Source: a virus. From it: 64,000 nt of DNA. The notes beneath the pieces are model-generated. The model was not told the origin of the DNA and did no database searches. It saw nothing but the letters and a program-made list of their open reading frames with translations. Within the stretch, counting starts at the first letter, position 1. The number at the start of each line of letters is the position of its first letter. A program made the translations under genes and the position numbers. The DNA lies in IMG/VR virus record IMGVR_UViG_3300003873_000004, positions 1 to 64,000 of that record; one strand, 5' to 3'. Positions 30,022 to 39,188 of the stretch are shown here, in pieces.

Positions 30022-30362
30022 TTTTCGAATTCTTCCGTTCTATTGTTAGAAATCCTACACTTGCAACAAAACATGCCAGACGTCTGACTGCTTATCATAG
30101 AGCAATTAGAAATTTTAGGAAAACACATAAAGCATGTGCGTGGTGTGGAAGAACAAATAGAGTAGACGTTCATCATATTAAACCTGTTTCTGTTGCCCCA
30201 GAGTTAGCAGAAGATGAAAATAATATGATAATGCTATGTAGGAAACCACAGTGTCATCTAGTGGTTGGTCATCAAGGCAGTTTTAGAAATCGATATGTTC
30301 CAAATGTTCGTGAACTGTGCGCTGCTAGAAATGTAACACAGACAACTAAGAATCAGGGGTGA
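30018..30362 (+). CDS. Small HNH nuclease
   Basis: CAWC, VHHIKP, NMIMLC, CH...H. Confidence 0.8.
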   Translation: MIFEFFRSIVRNPTLATKHARRLTAYHRAIRNFRKTHKACAWCGRTNRVDVHHIKPVSVAPELAEDENNMIMLCRKPQCHLVVGHQGSFRNRYVPNVRELCAARNVTQTTKNQG

Positions 30363-30532
30363 TCTTTCTCTTCTTGTAATTCAACTAGAGTTTCATTTAT
30401 GATGTCTAATTGATATTTAATATTCTCAGAATGAACTTTAGTGACTGGTACACAATTTTCCATATCTCTTTTATGAAAATGTAGTGCCCATCGAATCGTT
30501 GAAATTTGTTCTAGTGTTAGATCAATGTTCAT
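30353..30532 (-). CDS. Hypothetical 59-aa protein
   Basis: ATG overlaps the uvsW stop; MNIDLTLEQISTIRWALHFH...; not in the ORF track. Confidence 0.45.
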   Translation of the reverse strand: MNIDLTLEQISTIRWALHFHKRDMENCVPVTKVHSENIKYQLDIINETLVELQEEKDHP

Positions 30533-32061
30533 ATCGAAATCCTCGTGATATCGTAGTCAAATTTTTCTTTGTCGTAATACTGGGCACGCTCAACAAAATG
30601 TTTCATAGAATAGTTCTTGTGATTCTTCCACGATAAATCGTCGCACAGATCAAACAAAGTCACTGATGTTTTCTCAGCACTGATTCTAAGTCCGCGACCA
30701 ATAGATTGAAGTGTTCGAATTTTCGATTTGGTTGGTGAGCAGAAAAATACAGAATGAATACGTTTTATGGACACCCCAGTGCTCGTGGTTCCTATCGAAG
30801 CGACTAAGATAGAATCATTTTCGTTTTCTAATCTCTGTCGAATAGCATCTCGTTCTTCAGCTTTCGTTCCACCATCAATGAAATATACCTTTCTTTTGTT
30901 TCCAACTAATGATACAATTTTGTTGTATATTTCTCTACCATGTGATTTGTGATTGAACAGCAATAGAGAGTTTTTCTTTTGCACTGCCGCCAGTTTGGCG
31001 ATAAAATCATTCCGACGATTGTTGGTGTATAACCATTTCATTTCGTCTTGATATTTTACCCCTTTCATATTCTGTTTTTCTTCTTGTGTATAATCAAGCA
31101 TGATTGCTTTGATTGTCAAAGAAGCAACTTGTTTGTCGTCCATTAGCTTTCTGGTTGAAATAACATCAAAGACCTTTCCAAACATGCCCTCAAGTGTGAG
31201 TTGATTTGTAGCAAGATTATCTAATGTCCCAGTCAGCCCATATCGGTAAGCACAGTTTGGCAATTTTTCCATTATACCTTGTAGGGATTTGCTTGTTGCG
31301 AGATGAACTTCGTCGACGATCACCGCCTGAGGCATCATACCACCGTCAACATAAGGGGTATTCCAGTAAGACATGGGCATACGGAAAACCGACTGCCAGG
31401 TTGTTATGACAACCTGTTTATTTGTTATGCCAACCTGTTTATTTGTCTGTTTATCTCTACCAGACATGATTTGGTGACAATTTTGTTCTGCTTCCCACGT
31501 ATCTTCGCTAGAATAATCTTCAAAATCGGAATACATCTGATAAACTAATCCAGTGGTAGGTACAATAATGAAGATTTTATCGTTGGATAATTTCTGCAAA
31601 AAACGTGTAAGTATGTAAATAATTAAGGATTTTCCACTAGACGTAGGACTTTTCAGAATACAACGTCGGTTTTTTAACGCATGAACAGAGGCATTTCTTT
31701 GATAATCGTACGGATCAATTTTTACCCTTTTACAATGTACGTCAAGGCTATCTATGAATTTGTTGACCAGCTTATTATTGATTCTTGAATCTTGCTCGAG
31801 TACATTTTTGTCTATAGAACAAGAATAGTCTCGATCTCGAGCAAATTCGGCAACATAAGAAGCCAGACCTAAGTAGATTGTCCTGTCGTTTGAACGGAAC
31901 AAATGTATTTTTCCAGACCAGGATTTGTTCTTGAACTTCGGTGTGAACTGATACCCCGGCACTAGAAGGCTGAAAAAATCGTTTAATTCTTCCGCAATTC
32001 CTCTATCACACTCAATATAAGCGTAGACATCGTTTTTCTTATGAATTACTATTTCTGTCAT
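30529..32061 (-). CDS. uvsW: UvsW SF2 DNA/RNA helicase
   Basis: FTPKFKNKSWSGKIHL, SPTSSGKS, DEVH, GLTGT, QSIGRGLR. Confidence 0.95.
   Translation of the reverse strand: MTEIVIHKKNDVYAYIECDRGIAEELNDFFSLLVPGYQFTPKFKNKSWSGKIHLFRSNDRTIYLGLASYVAEFARDRDYSCSIDKNVLEQDSRINNKLVNKFIDSLDVHCKRVKIDPYDYQRNASVHALKNRRCILKSPTSSGKSLIIYILTRFLQKLSNDKIFIIVPTTGLVYQMYSDFEDYSSEDTWEAEQNCHQIMSGRDKQTNKQVGITNKQVVITTWQSVFRMPMSYWNTPYVDGGMMPQAVIVDEVHLATSKSLQGIMEKLPNCAYRYGLTGTLDNLATNQLTLEGMFGKVFDVISTRKLMDDKQVASLTIKAIMLDYTQEEKQNMKGVKYQDEMKWLYTNNRRNDFIAKLAAVQKKNSLLLFNHKSHGREIYNKIVSLVGNKRKVYFIDGGTKAEERDAIRQRLENENDSILVASIGTTSTGVSIKRIHSVFFCSPTKSKIRTLQSIGRGLRISAEKTSVTLFDLCDDLSWKNHKNYSMKHFVERAQYYDKEKFDYDITRISI
31401..31446. repeat. 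21-bp in-frame tandem duplication inside uvsW
   Basis: ttgttatgacaacctgtttat / ttgttatgccaacctgtttat encoding TNKQVGITNKQVVIT. Confidence 0.8.
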
Positions 32062-32836
32062 CAGAAAAACCGATCAATAGAAGTATAACTATTGTGTTCT
32101 ATCGAAGTAGAATTGATGCGTGAATCAGCAATATCAAAATATTTTTCGTCTTGTTCAATTCCAATAAATTTTCGATTGAGTTTTTTTGCTGCGACTCCGG
32201 TCGAACCGCTGCCCATCGTAAAGTCTAGAACCGTTTCTTCTTCGTTTGTGTATGTTTTTATTAGATATTTCAACAATTCTACTGGTTTCTGAGTAGGTGT
32301 AATTTACTACCACAATGAATAGAAAATTTTAGAATCGACAAGGGATAATATTCACCAGAAAGATTGCCTTTCTGTTTGAAATTCCCTTGTTTACCGTTGT
32401 TGCCTACAATAGAATTCGTATGTGTTCCGCCAGTTTTGGGACCTTTGTAAGATTTTCCTGTTCTCATTATTGGTTTATACATTGGTTGTTTGTTGTAGAA
32501 AGTCAATATGTTTTCATATGACCCCATTGGCCGCTTTTTTGCGTATAGCGGGTTACTTCCTTTGCCTTTATCCCATATCCAATCATACTTGTAGTTTTTG
32601 ATGTTACTCATTCTCAATGCGCTACTAAAAGGTTCGCAGCCAAACAAAACAATAGCTCCATTAGATTTGGTTATTCTATTTAATTGTTTCCACATTGGTT
32701 CAAAAGGAATTACATAATCCCATTTGCATGCTGTCGTTCCATACGGTGGATCGGTTAAAATAAAGTCGATAGATTTATCAGGCAAATCTTTCATTAGTTC
32801 TAGGCAGTCGCCTTTTAATAGTTTGGTGTCTGTCAT
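32061..32836 (-). pseudogene. Beta-class N4C/N6A DNA methyltransferase with a 1-nt frameshift near 32296
   Basis: TDPPY in ORF 32279-32836 and LDFTMGSGSTG in ORF 32061-32276; one extra C on the minus strand restores HPTQKPVELLKYLI. Confidence 0.85.
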
Positions 32837-33235
32837 CTACATTCCATTCTCAAATTTTTTGAACTTCAAACAGTCCCGAATCAGAAATGACATTCCATTG
32901 ATTTGCTTGATTACTGATTCGAGATAATTAGCACAAGTTTTCTCATAGTCTAATTTCAGTCGTTTTGCTTGTAGTTCAGAATCACCAGATACCAGAACGT
33001 CTATCTCTGCTTTGTTTTTCAGCACAACAGGATAGTCATTTCTATAATACAGGTATTTATCACTATATGCCGAATCATATTCAGCTTGTAATTTCAGACA
33101 GTTCAATTGTGCTTCTGTGAACATCTGTAAATATTTCGAGTGTAGAATAGGAACACAGGCAGCAGCAGAATCAAGATGAAGTTGATCTATCTTCAAATCA
33201 CGTGATACCTGTTGTTGTATATGCTCTAAATTCAT
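32837..33235 (-). CDS. uvsY: Recombination mediator UvsY
   Basis: DLKID, P.LHSKYL, YLESVIKQI...SF.I; upstream of uvsW. Confidence 0.85.
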   Translation of the reverse strand: MNLEHIQQQVSRDLKIDQLHLDSAAACVPILHSKYLQMFTEAQLNCLKLQAEYDSAYSDKYLYYRNDYPVVLKNKAEIDVLVSGDSELQAKRLKLDYEKTCANYLESVIKQINGMSFLIRDCLKFKKFENGM

Positions 33236-33272
33236 TTGACTATTCTACACTATCTTGTGTAGATGTCAAGCG

Positions 33273-33737
33273 TTATTTTCGAAGAATAAATTGTTCGAAA
33301 GCAAATGTAGCTGAACCCATCAATACATCTGTTCCGTTCTGTGTAGTGAATTGTATCTCGCCTAAAATTGTGGGGAACATTCCAACAAAATCAAACGATA
33401 CAATTGGCGTTAGATTGTTGGTCAAAATATCAAGAGTAGCATCAGAAATAATATCTTTTGTTCTACCATTGACCAACGAACCAGCACGCATCTGCTGCAT
33501 CCAATTATAAATCTCCAAATAAGAAGTAAAATTTTCATCTACAACAAATTCTAGTGAGCATGGGTCGAAAGTTAGTTTCTCACCTGGAACTGGTATATCT
33601 TGTAGAGGTGTTGGTTGAATTGACTGCCCCATCGAAATAGTAGGCAGCGGACAATTAATAACCTGATAGGTAACATTAGGGATACGCCCGAAGTGAAATT
33701 GATAATTGCGTCCATAGGATTCGTTTGAAATAGCCAT
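33273..33737 (-). CDS. gp3: Tail completion protein, gp3-like
   Basis: RIPNVTY, PVPGEKLTFD, FVVDENF.SY.EIYNWM, DATLDILTN. Confidence 0.85.
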   Translation of the reverse strand: MAISNESYGRNYQFHFGRIPNVTYQVINCPLPTISMGQSIQPTPLQDIPVPGEKLTFDPCSLEFVVDENFTSYLEIYNWMQQMRAGSLVNGRTKDIISDATLDILTNNLTPIVSFDFVGMFPTILGEIQFTTQNGTDVLMGSATFAFEQFILRK

Positions 33738-33764
33738 GTGATTATTTAGTTTGAAGTTGCGATG

Positions 33765-33900
33765 AATATAGAGTCATAAGAAAAACTTATAGTCAGATAA
33801 AATATACAAATTTATCTTTTCGGACAACAGGAACTATAGATGCCTGTTCAGAAGACAACCAATAGAAACCAGTTCTATTTTGTTGTTTTCTACGAAGATC
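33765..33900 (-). ncRNA. Putative TnpB omega RNA, 3' part plus guide
   Basis: Stem aacagg/cctgtt whose loop (tatagtt) complements gactata at 33794-33788, forming a possible pseudoknot; intervening hairpin at 33795-33817; 5' boundary unknown. Confidence 0.55.
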
Positions 33901-35010
33901 GGGCGCGATCGCCCGCAGTGGTGAAGCAATGTTTTTGGCTGCGTTCAAATCCGCGTCATCTAAATGACCGCATTTGTCGCACTCAAAAACTTTTCCTTTT
34001 CGGTTTGCTTTCTTCGTCCAACCGCATCCAGAACATCTTTGGCTTGTGTAAGTTGGGTTGATGTGCGTCACTAGAACGTCTAGTTCTTCACATCGAGCCT
34101 CGATCTTGTCAAAAATCTCTGGATATGTAAAATGAGAAAGGAATCTGGAACTTGTTTTTCCTTTCCTCATGTCTTTTATGTTTTCTATCTTTAGCTCTTT
34201 ACAACTGGACAGGTTTAGCCGGTTGATCGCCCAATTGATGTAGTTTGTTCTATGTTCTTGAGTCCTTCTAAATGCCTTCGAACCCTTTCTCTTTCTGGAT
34301 AAGGTTTTCATGATTGAATCGAGATCGTGACCGTGGCGGTCGATCTTCGAAACTTGATTGTCTGAACAAGAAATGAGAGTCTTTGCTCCAATGTCGATGC
34401 CTAGAGTTTCTGTTCCTACATTTTGTCTTGGTTCTATTTCGAACAACATAGTAATTTCCTTTTCGTTCAGTCTAATAGATTTTTTTAGCTCACCTCTTGT
34501 CAGCAAATTATTAAAATGTCTGTGCCGTTTGAAAGGCAATTCAATTTTTATTTTACTTCCTATTGATCGTAGAGTTATGTATCCGTCAAACGAAGTTTTG
34601 TTTTCTTGATCAATATGAACAAACCTAGAATCTAATTCCAAGTTTATCTTATCTAAAATTGGCTTAGATGGTGTATTGCGATCATAAACTTTTCTTAACT
34701 TGTTTGCTTTTTCGATGTTGCCTGATATTTCTAACTTATTAATCATCCATAAACGTTTCTTTTGCTTGGCTTTTGTTCCTTTAATGATGCCGATGGCCTG
34801 TTTTGTAGCACACTGTATCATTCTGGCAGAAAGCCAAGAAGTTATATTGTCAGTGAAGTCTCTCGTTGCGAACTTAGGGAGGGTTTCGTACCCCCAATAG
34901 AAGTCAATTGTTTTCTTCATAACATTTCTATATTCACAAACGATTGAAGACACCGTTTGTTTCTTCGATTTGTTTGTGAATTTAAGAGAAACTTTAGAAG
35001 ATTTAATCAT
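33793..35010 (-). CDS. tnpB: TnpB RNA-guided endonuclease
   Basis: RuvC-I GIDIG, RuvC-II KIENI, zinc finger CSGC/CDKC, RuvC-III DADLNAAKNI. Confidence 0.9.
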   Translation of the reverse strand: MIKSSKVSLKFTNKSKKQTVSSIVCEYRNVMKKTIDFYWGYETLPKFATRDFTDNITSWLSARMIQCATKQAIGIIKGTKAKQKKRLWMINKLEISGNIEKANKLRKVYDRNTPSKPILDKINLELDSRFVHIDQENKTSFDGYITLRSIGSKIKIELPFKRHRHFNNLLTRGELKKSIRLNEKEITMLFEIEPRQNVGTETLGIDIGAKTLISCSDNQVSKIDRHGHDLDSIMKTLSRKRKGSKAFRRTQEHRTNYINWAINRLNLSSCKELKIENIKDMRKGKTSSRFLSHFTYPEIFDKIEARCEELDVLVTHINPTYTSQRCSGCGWTKKANRKGKVFECDKCGHLDDADLNAAKNIASPLRAIAPDLRRKQQNRTGFYWLSSEQASIVPVVRKDKFVYFI

Positions 35011-35572
35011 TGTTCAATTCGTCAACGATTTTCGCCGTCTTTCTTTTTGATCTGCGTTTGCCATAGATTCTCGCACAGAACGAAGTTATTATAGAAACTA
35101 AATCTTCTACGATTTCTTTTTCCTCTTGTGTTCTGTTCACAACAACGATTTCACCGGCAAATAAAGTTTCTATATAATTAAATCCAAATCGTGTCAGTCT
35201 ATCCTTATGCTCGACAACAATTCTCCCTATTGTTGGGTCAGACAAAAGAGAAATCAGTTTTGGTCTATTGTCATTTAACCCAGAAGCACATTCTTTCGTC
35301 ACGATATTGACTACCCAGCCATTAGAACAACAAAAATCTTCTAGACGTTTTGCTTGGCTGTCCAAATTATTGCGATTTTGAGAAGAACTAACTCGCGCGT
35401 AAATAGCAGTACGAACATCTGTCTCGACTTCGCTGTCAACTTCAATTAGAATTGTACCCGACGGCAATTGTACATAATTATCAGGAAAATCCCCACGTTT
35501 CAACAATTGATAAGCTCCAGTGTATGTGTAGCCGTTTTCTTTTGCCCATTTTGACAGTTTAATTCGTTTCAT
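35003..35572 (-). CDS. tnpA: IS607 serine recombinase/transposase
   Basis: N-terminal HTH KLSKWAK, AIYARVSS, SGLNDNRPKL, VVEHKDRLTRFG, EDLVSIITSFCARIYGKR. Confidence 0.95.
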   Translation of the reverse strand: MKRIKLSKWAKENGYTYTGAYQLLKRGDFPDNYVQLPSGTILIEVDSEVETDVRTAIYARVSSSQNRNNLDSQAKRLEDFCCSNGWVVNIVTKECASGLNDNRPKLISLLSDPTIGRIVVEHKDRLTRFGFNYIETLFAGEIVVVNRTQEEKEIVEDLVSIITSFCARIYGKRRSKRKTAKIVDELNND

Positions 35573-35676
35573 ATATCTATTTAGTATTATATGTTTTTAC
35601 ACATTTATGGCGATTGTACATTATACTTAATCGAAAAGGCATAAAAATCTTTTTATCGAAAATTGAAAGAAATCTC

Positions 35677-35705
35677 TTGACTTCTTGTTTCGAAACTGCT
35701 AGAAT
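35677..35705 (+). promoter_or_regulatory. Sigma70-type promoter facing a non-coding region
   Basis: TTGACT-N17-TAGAAT. Confidence 0.65.
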
Positions 35706-35787
35706 GCTTCGAGTACATTAAGTAGACATAGAGATTGATAGAAAAGATCAATAAAAGAAATAGATAACTGCGCGGTTGCGTAGCAAC

Positions 35788-36127
35788 CGTAGCTTCCGTA
35801 GCGCAGCGAAGGAAACAATTCAGCGCTGTTAGATACATTTGGCGTAGCCAGAGTTGCTCAAGAGGTTTTAGACTTTGGTTTTATTCAGCGTCATTAGATC
35901 ACGGTAAACGTGATTAGCGCAGTTGGACTGCTAGTTAGGACACCTGTGCACTTCGAACAAGGATCTGGACAGTATCTTGACAACTCTAAACTACGCCTTC
36001 GGCACTTCGAGCTTCGCTCTCCGAACGTGTTATTTTCTTCATTGTATAGTGTAGAACAATCATTAACAACATCTGGACAACAGTCAACAACATTAGACTT
36101 TTCCTTCGCTGCGCTACGGAAGCTACG
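35788..36127. repeat. Perfect 28-bp inverted repeat (35788-35815 and 36100-36127)
   Basis: cgtagcttccgtagcgcagcgaaggaaa and its exact reverse complement; ctacgccttcggc also repeated directly at 35991 and 36123. Confidence 0.9.
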
Positions 36128-36158
36128 CCTTCGGCTTCGCAAATATGGATTATTTCTC

Positions 36159-36187
36159 TTGACAAGATCATCAATATGGTGTAGACT
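36159..36187 (+). promoter_or_regulatory. Early sigma70-type promoter TTGACA-N17-TAGACT, representative copy
   Basis: Same consensus (-10 box TAGACT, TAGCAT, TAGAAT or close variants) starts at 37503, 40907, 41206, 43398, 43654, 45818, 46926, 48620, 50553, 52152, 52839, 55463, 57705, 58635, 61297, 62909. Confidence 0.85.
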
Positions 36188-36194
36188 TACGTCA

Positions 36195-37400
36195 ATGAAT
36201 AATAAACCGACTTTAGATCAACAGAAGATTATAGACAAGATTATAGACAAGACTCTATCTGGTCATCATTGTTGTCTAGATGCTCCGGCGGGAACAGGTA
36301 AAACATTTATTCTTGAATTTCTTGTTGATGAACTTCGACACAACGGTAAAACTGTTCATCTGTGTTCTACAACTCATAAGTCTGTTGCTGTTCTCGAAAA
36401 TAATTCGTTCGAAGAAGTTTCTACAATCCATTCGTTACTTGGTATGAAACCACAAATCGACTATAGAACGGGTAAAGAAAAATATGTCATTGATAGAGAC
36501 GTGCCTCGTAAAGTCAAGAAAGGTGAAGTAGTCATTTGTGATGAAGCATCGATGATCAATAATGAAATGCTTGGTCTTATAGCAGAAGTGGTAAAAGAAT
36601 TGAATGTTGTGTTTATATTTGTTGGTGACTCGTATCAATTACCTCCAGTCGGCGAGGAAAGGTCTAATGCTTTATTCATGCCAAATAAATTCACTCTGGA
36701 CAAGATTGTTCGTCACACTAATTCTATTGTAGATTGTTCAGTCAAAATGCGGGAATATATAGAAGATGGATATGTTCCATCAATTAGAGATTTTGATGAA
36801 TTTCCTGATATAGAAGTTTTGAACAACACTAATTTTGATAAAATGTTTTTCGACAAGGTTAAAACTGGTCAATCTGTTCTTTTCGTAGCATGGACTAATA
36901 ATAGAGTGGATTGTCAAGCAGCAGACGTTAGAAATTTCTTAGGATATTCACCGACGTCATTTGAACGTGGTGAAACTTTGATTCTAAATGCTCCATTGAT
37001 CAAGAAGCGTTCGATTGTTGCTGGAAACAATTCTATTCATGTGGTAGATAAAGTTTCATCAAAAGAAATAGGCGGAATAGACTTCTGTGCTATTACAACA
37101 CAAGATGGTTTGAAATTCAACACAAAGATTGACTATAGTGATGTGAAAAATAGATTAGATGAAATGACAAGAGTGGCAACTTTTGATGGTACTTCGAAAG
37201 GCTGGAGAGCTTATTACAGATTTAAGGAATCAAGCGTTCCCGTTTCTTTTCATCATTCTGTGACTGTTCACAAATCACAGGGAAGCACAGTTGATGAAGT
37301 GTTTATCGACTTTAGAGATATTATTCGATCTGATATTGCTTCTAAATTATTATACGTGGCTATTACACGGGCGGCAAAAAGAGTTTATCTGTTAAATTGA
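36195..37400 (+). CDS. dda: Dda-like SF1B helicase
   Basis: APAGTGKT, ICDEASM, VGDSYQLPPV, TVHKSQGST, LYVAITRA; start moved to ATG 36195. Confidence 0.9.
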   Translation: MNNKPTLDQQKIIDKIIDKTLSGHHCCLDAPAGTGKTFILEFLVDELRHNGKTVHLCSTTHKSVAVLENNSFEEVSTIHSLLGMKPQIDYRTGKEKYVIDRDVPRKVKKGEVVICDEASMINNEMLGLIAEVVKELNVVFIFVGDSYQLPPVGEERSNALFMPNKFTLDKIVRHTNSIVDCSVKMREYIEDGYVPSIRDFDEFPDIEVLNNTNFDKMFFDKVKTGQSVLFVAWTNNRVDCQAADVRNFLGYSPTSFERGETLILNAPLIKKRSIVAGNNSIHVVDKVSSKEIGGIDFCAITTQDGLKFNTKIDYSDVKNRLDEMTRVATFDGTSKGWRAYYRFKESSVPVSFHHSVTVHKSQGSTVDEVFIDFRDIIRSDIASKLLYVAITRAAKRVYLLN

Positions 37401-37402
37401 TT

Positions 37403-37531
37403 CTAAGCCATTTTAGTTTCTTTCTAGTATGTTGGTATCAAAAAGAAATTCAAATTGTTTCTAGACACACTCTAGGGGCTAGAATTGTATTAAATAAAGT
37501 TCTTGACAAGTACAAAATAATAGTGTAGCAT
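37403..37531 (+). repeat. Intergenic promoter-linked repeat of about 125 bp, copy 1
   Basis: tatcaaaaagaaattcaaat.gtttctagacac.ctctaggggctagaa...aaagttcttgacaagtaca shared with the copies at 52058 and 56005. Confidence 0.9.
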
Positions 37532-37555
37532 AAATCAATTGGAGTAAACAAAGAT

Positions 37556-38122
37556 ATGACACAGAAGAAAAAGAAGCCAGAACATTACGTTGATAACAAA
37601 AAAATGCTTGAGGTCGTAACTGACTGGAAAAATGAAATTCAGAAAGCGCGTGATGCTGGCGAAGATGACCCTCGTATGCCGGAAGAACTGGGAAAGATGA
37701 TTCTGTTAATTTGTAAACGACTGATGATGCGCCCAAATTTCTTGAATTATTCTTATAGAGAAGAATTTGTGTCTGATGCTATAGAAAATTGTATGAGATA
37801 TGCCAAGAATTTCGACCCCGAGAAGTCGAAAAATCCATTTGGTTATTATACGCAAATTGCGTATTTTTCTGCTATTCATCGAATCAACAAAGAGAAAAAG
37901 CAGTTCGCTACAAAGGCAAAGATGGTTCAGCAATCTGGAGTTCTAGCCATTGGCGCTGAATCCAATACACAGGGTCATGACAATGCTGAAGATTATTCTA
38001 ATGGCTATCGAGATTTTTTGAGAAACTTTTATGACGTGGAACTGGTATCAGATAAAGAAAAGAAACCAAGAAAGCCAAAACAATCAGCCCAACCTAATAC
38101 TATCGATGTTACTAAAGCATGA
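37556..38122 (+). CDS. gp55: Late-transcription sigma factor
   Basis: HYVDNK, PNF.NYSYREE...DAIENC, NFDPEKSKNPFGYYTQI. Confidence 0.95.
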   Translation: MTQKKKKPEHYVDNKKMLEVVTDWKNEIQKARDAGEDDPRMPEELGKMILLICKRLMMRPNFLNYSYREEFVSDAIENCMRYAKNFDPEKSKNPFGYYTQIAYFSAIHRINKEKKQFATKAKMVQQSGVLAIGAESNTQGHDNAEDYSNGYRDFLRNFYDVELVSDKEKKPRKPKQSAQPNTIDVTKA

Positions 38123-39180
38123 TCATACCTATCGTCGGCGATGCACATTATGGAATTCGAAATGATTCGGATAATTTCTACAATTATTTTAAGCGTTTCT
38201 ATGATAATATACTGTTTCCGTATATCGAAGAAAATAACATCAAAGCTATTATTCAAACAGGCGACTTCTTAGATAGAAGAAAAAATGTTGATTATAAGAC
38301 TTTGAACCGCGTATCTATAGATTTCTTTGACAAACTACATGAACTGGGTTGTGAAATTCATACGTTCCCCGGTAACCATGATATTTACTATAGACATTCT
38401 ACCAAAGTAAATTCTATCACAGAATTGTTTGATTGGCGAAAAGGTGTCCATATTTACAACGACCCAACTACTGTCAATTTTGATGGATTGAATATAGACT
38501 TTTTTCCGTGGATAACCAAAGAGAATCTTGCTCAGACAGAAGATTTTGTGGCTAAAACTTCATCGTCAATTTGTGTTGGACATTTCGAATTTTCTGGATT
38601 TGAAATACAAGCAGGGTTACTAAGCAAGTGCGGGATGGATACAAAACTGTTTGATAATTATTCTAGTGTGTTATCTGGTCATTTTCATCATAGGTCAACT
38701 ACAGGGAATATTCAATATGTCGGAACACCATACGAAATGACTTGGGCTGATTTTGCTGACCCTAAAGGATTTCATGTTCTCGATACCGATACACAGGAAT
38801 TGTCATTCATCGAAAATCCAGACAAAATGTTTCACAAAGTATTCTATGCTTCTACTGTTGATTATTCTGGATACGATTTCGAAGAATTGAGTGATACTAT
38901 TGTCAAATTGATTGTGAAAGACAGAGACGATATTTCTAAATTTGAATCTGTTGTTTCCAAGATAAATAGCGTGAAGCCATTGAATCTGACAATTGTCGAA
39001 AGTGATGTTACTGTGGTAGAAGGAATAGATCAAGAATCCATCGATGGCGTAGATACATTTAATGTACTGATGCGTGCAGCTAGGGCCACCGCCGAAACAG
39101 AAGGACTTGACCCAGACAAAACAGAGAGAATACTCACTGAATTATATCAAGAAGCCGTCGATATCAGTCGGGAAAACTAG
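38119..39180 (+). CDS. gp47: Recombination endonuclease subunit (Mre11-like)
   Basis: GDAHYG, GDFLD, GNHD, GHFE, SGHFH. Confidence 0.95.
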   Translation: MIIPIVGDAHYGIRNDSDNFYNYFKRFYDNILFPYIEENNIKAIIQTGDFLDRRKNVDYKTLNRVSIDFFDKLHELGCEIHTFPGNHDIYYRHSTKVNSITELFDWRKGVHIYNDPTTVNFDGLNIDFFPWITKENLAQTEDFVAKTSSSICVGHFEFSGFEIQAGLLSKCGMDTKLFDNYSSVLSGHFHHRSTTGNIQYVGTPYEMTWADFADPKGFHVLDTDTQELSFIENPDKMFHKVFYASTVDYSGYDFEELSDTIVKLIVKDRDDISKFESVVSKINSVKPLNLTIVESDVTVVEGIDQESIDGVDTFNVLMRAARATAETEGLDPDKTERILTELYQEAVDISREN

Positions 39181-39188
39181 GAGAAACT

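Larger units (their letters stand above)
33786..35640 (-). mobile_element. IS607-family element (tnpA plus tnpB); ends approximate
   Basis: Overlapping serine-recombinase and TnpB genes in canonical order. Confidence 0.85.

Noticed and set aside
32032-32044. 13-nt match (gtttttcttatga) between the putative TnpB guide boundary and the uvsW 5' region
   Set aside because: Short, AT-rich and noticed after the fact; the guide boundary and TAM are unknown, so self-targeting cannot be supported.
35910-36194. 95-aa N-terminal extension of the Dda ORF in the ORF track
   Set aside because: It runs through the repeat region upstream of the promoter at 36159; helicase-like sequence starts at ATG 36195.
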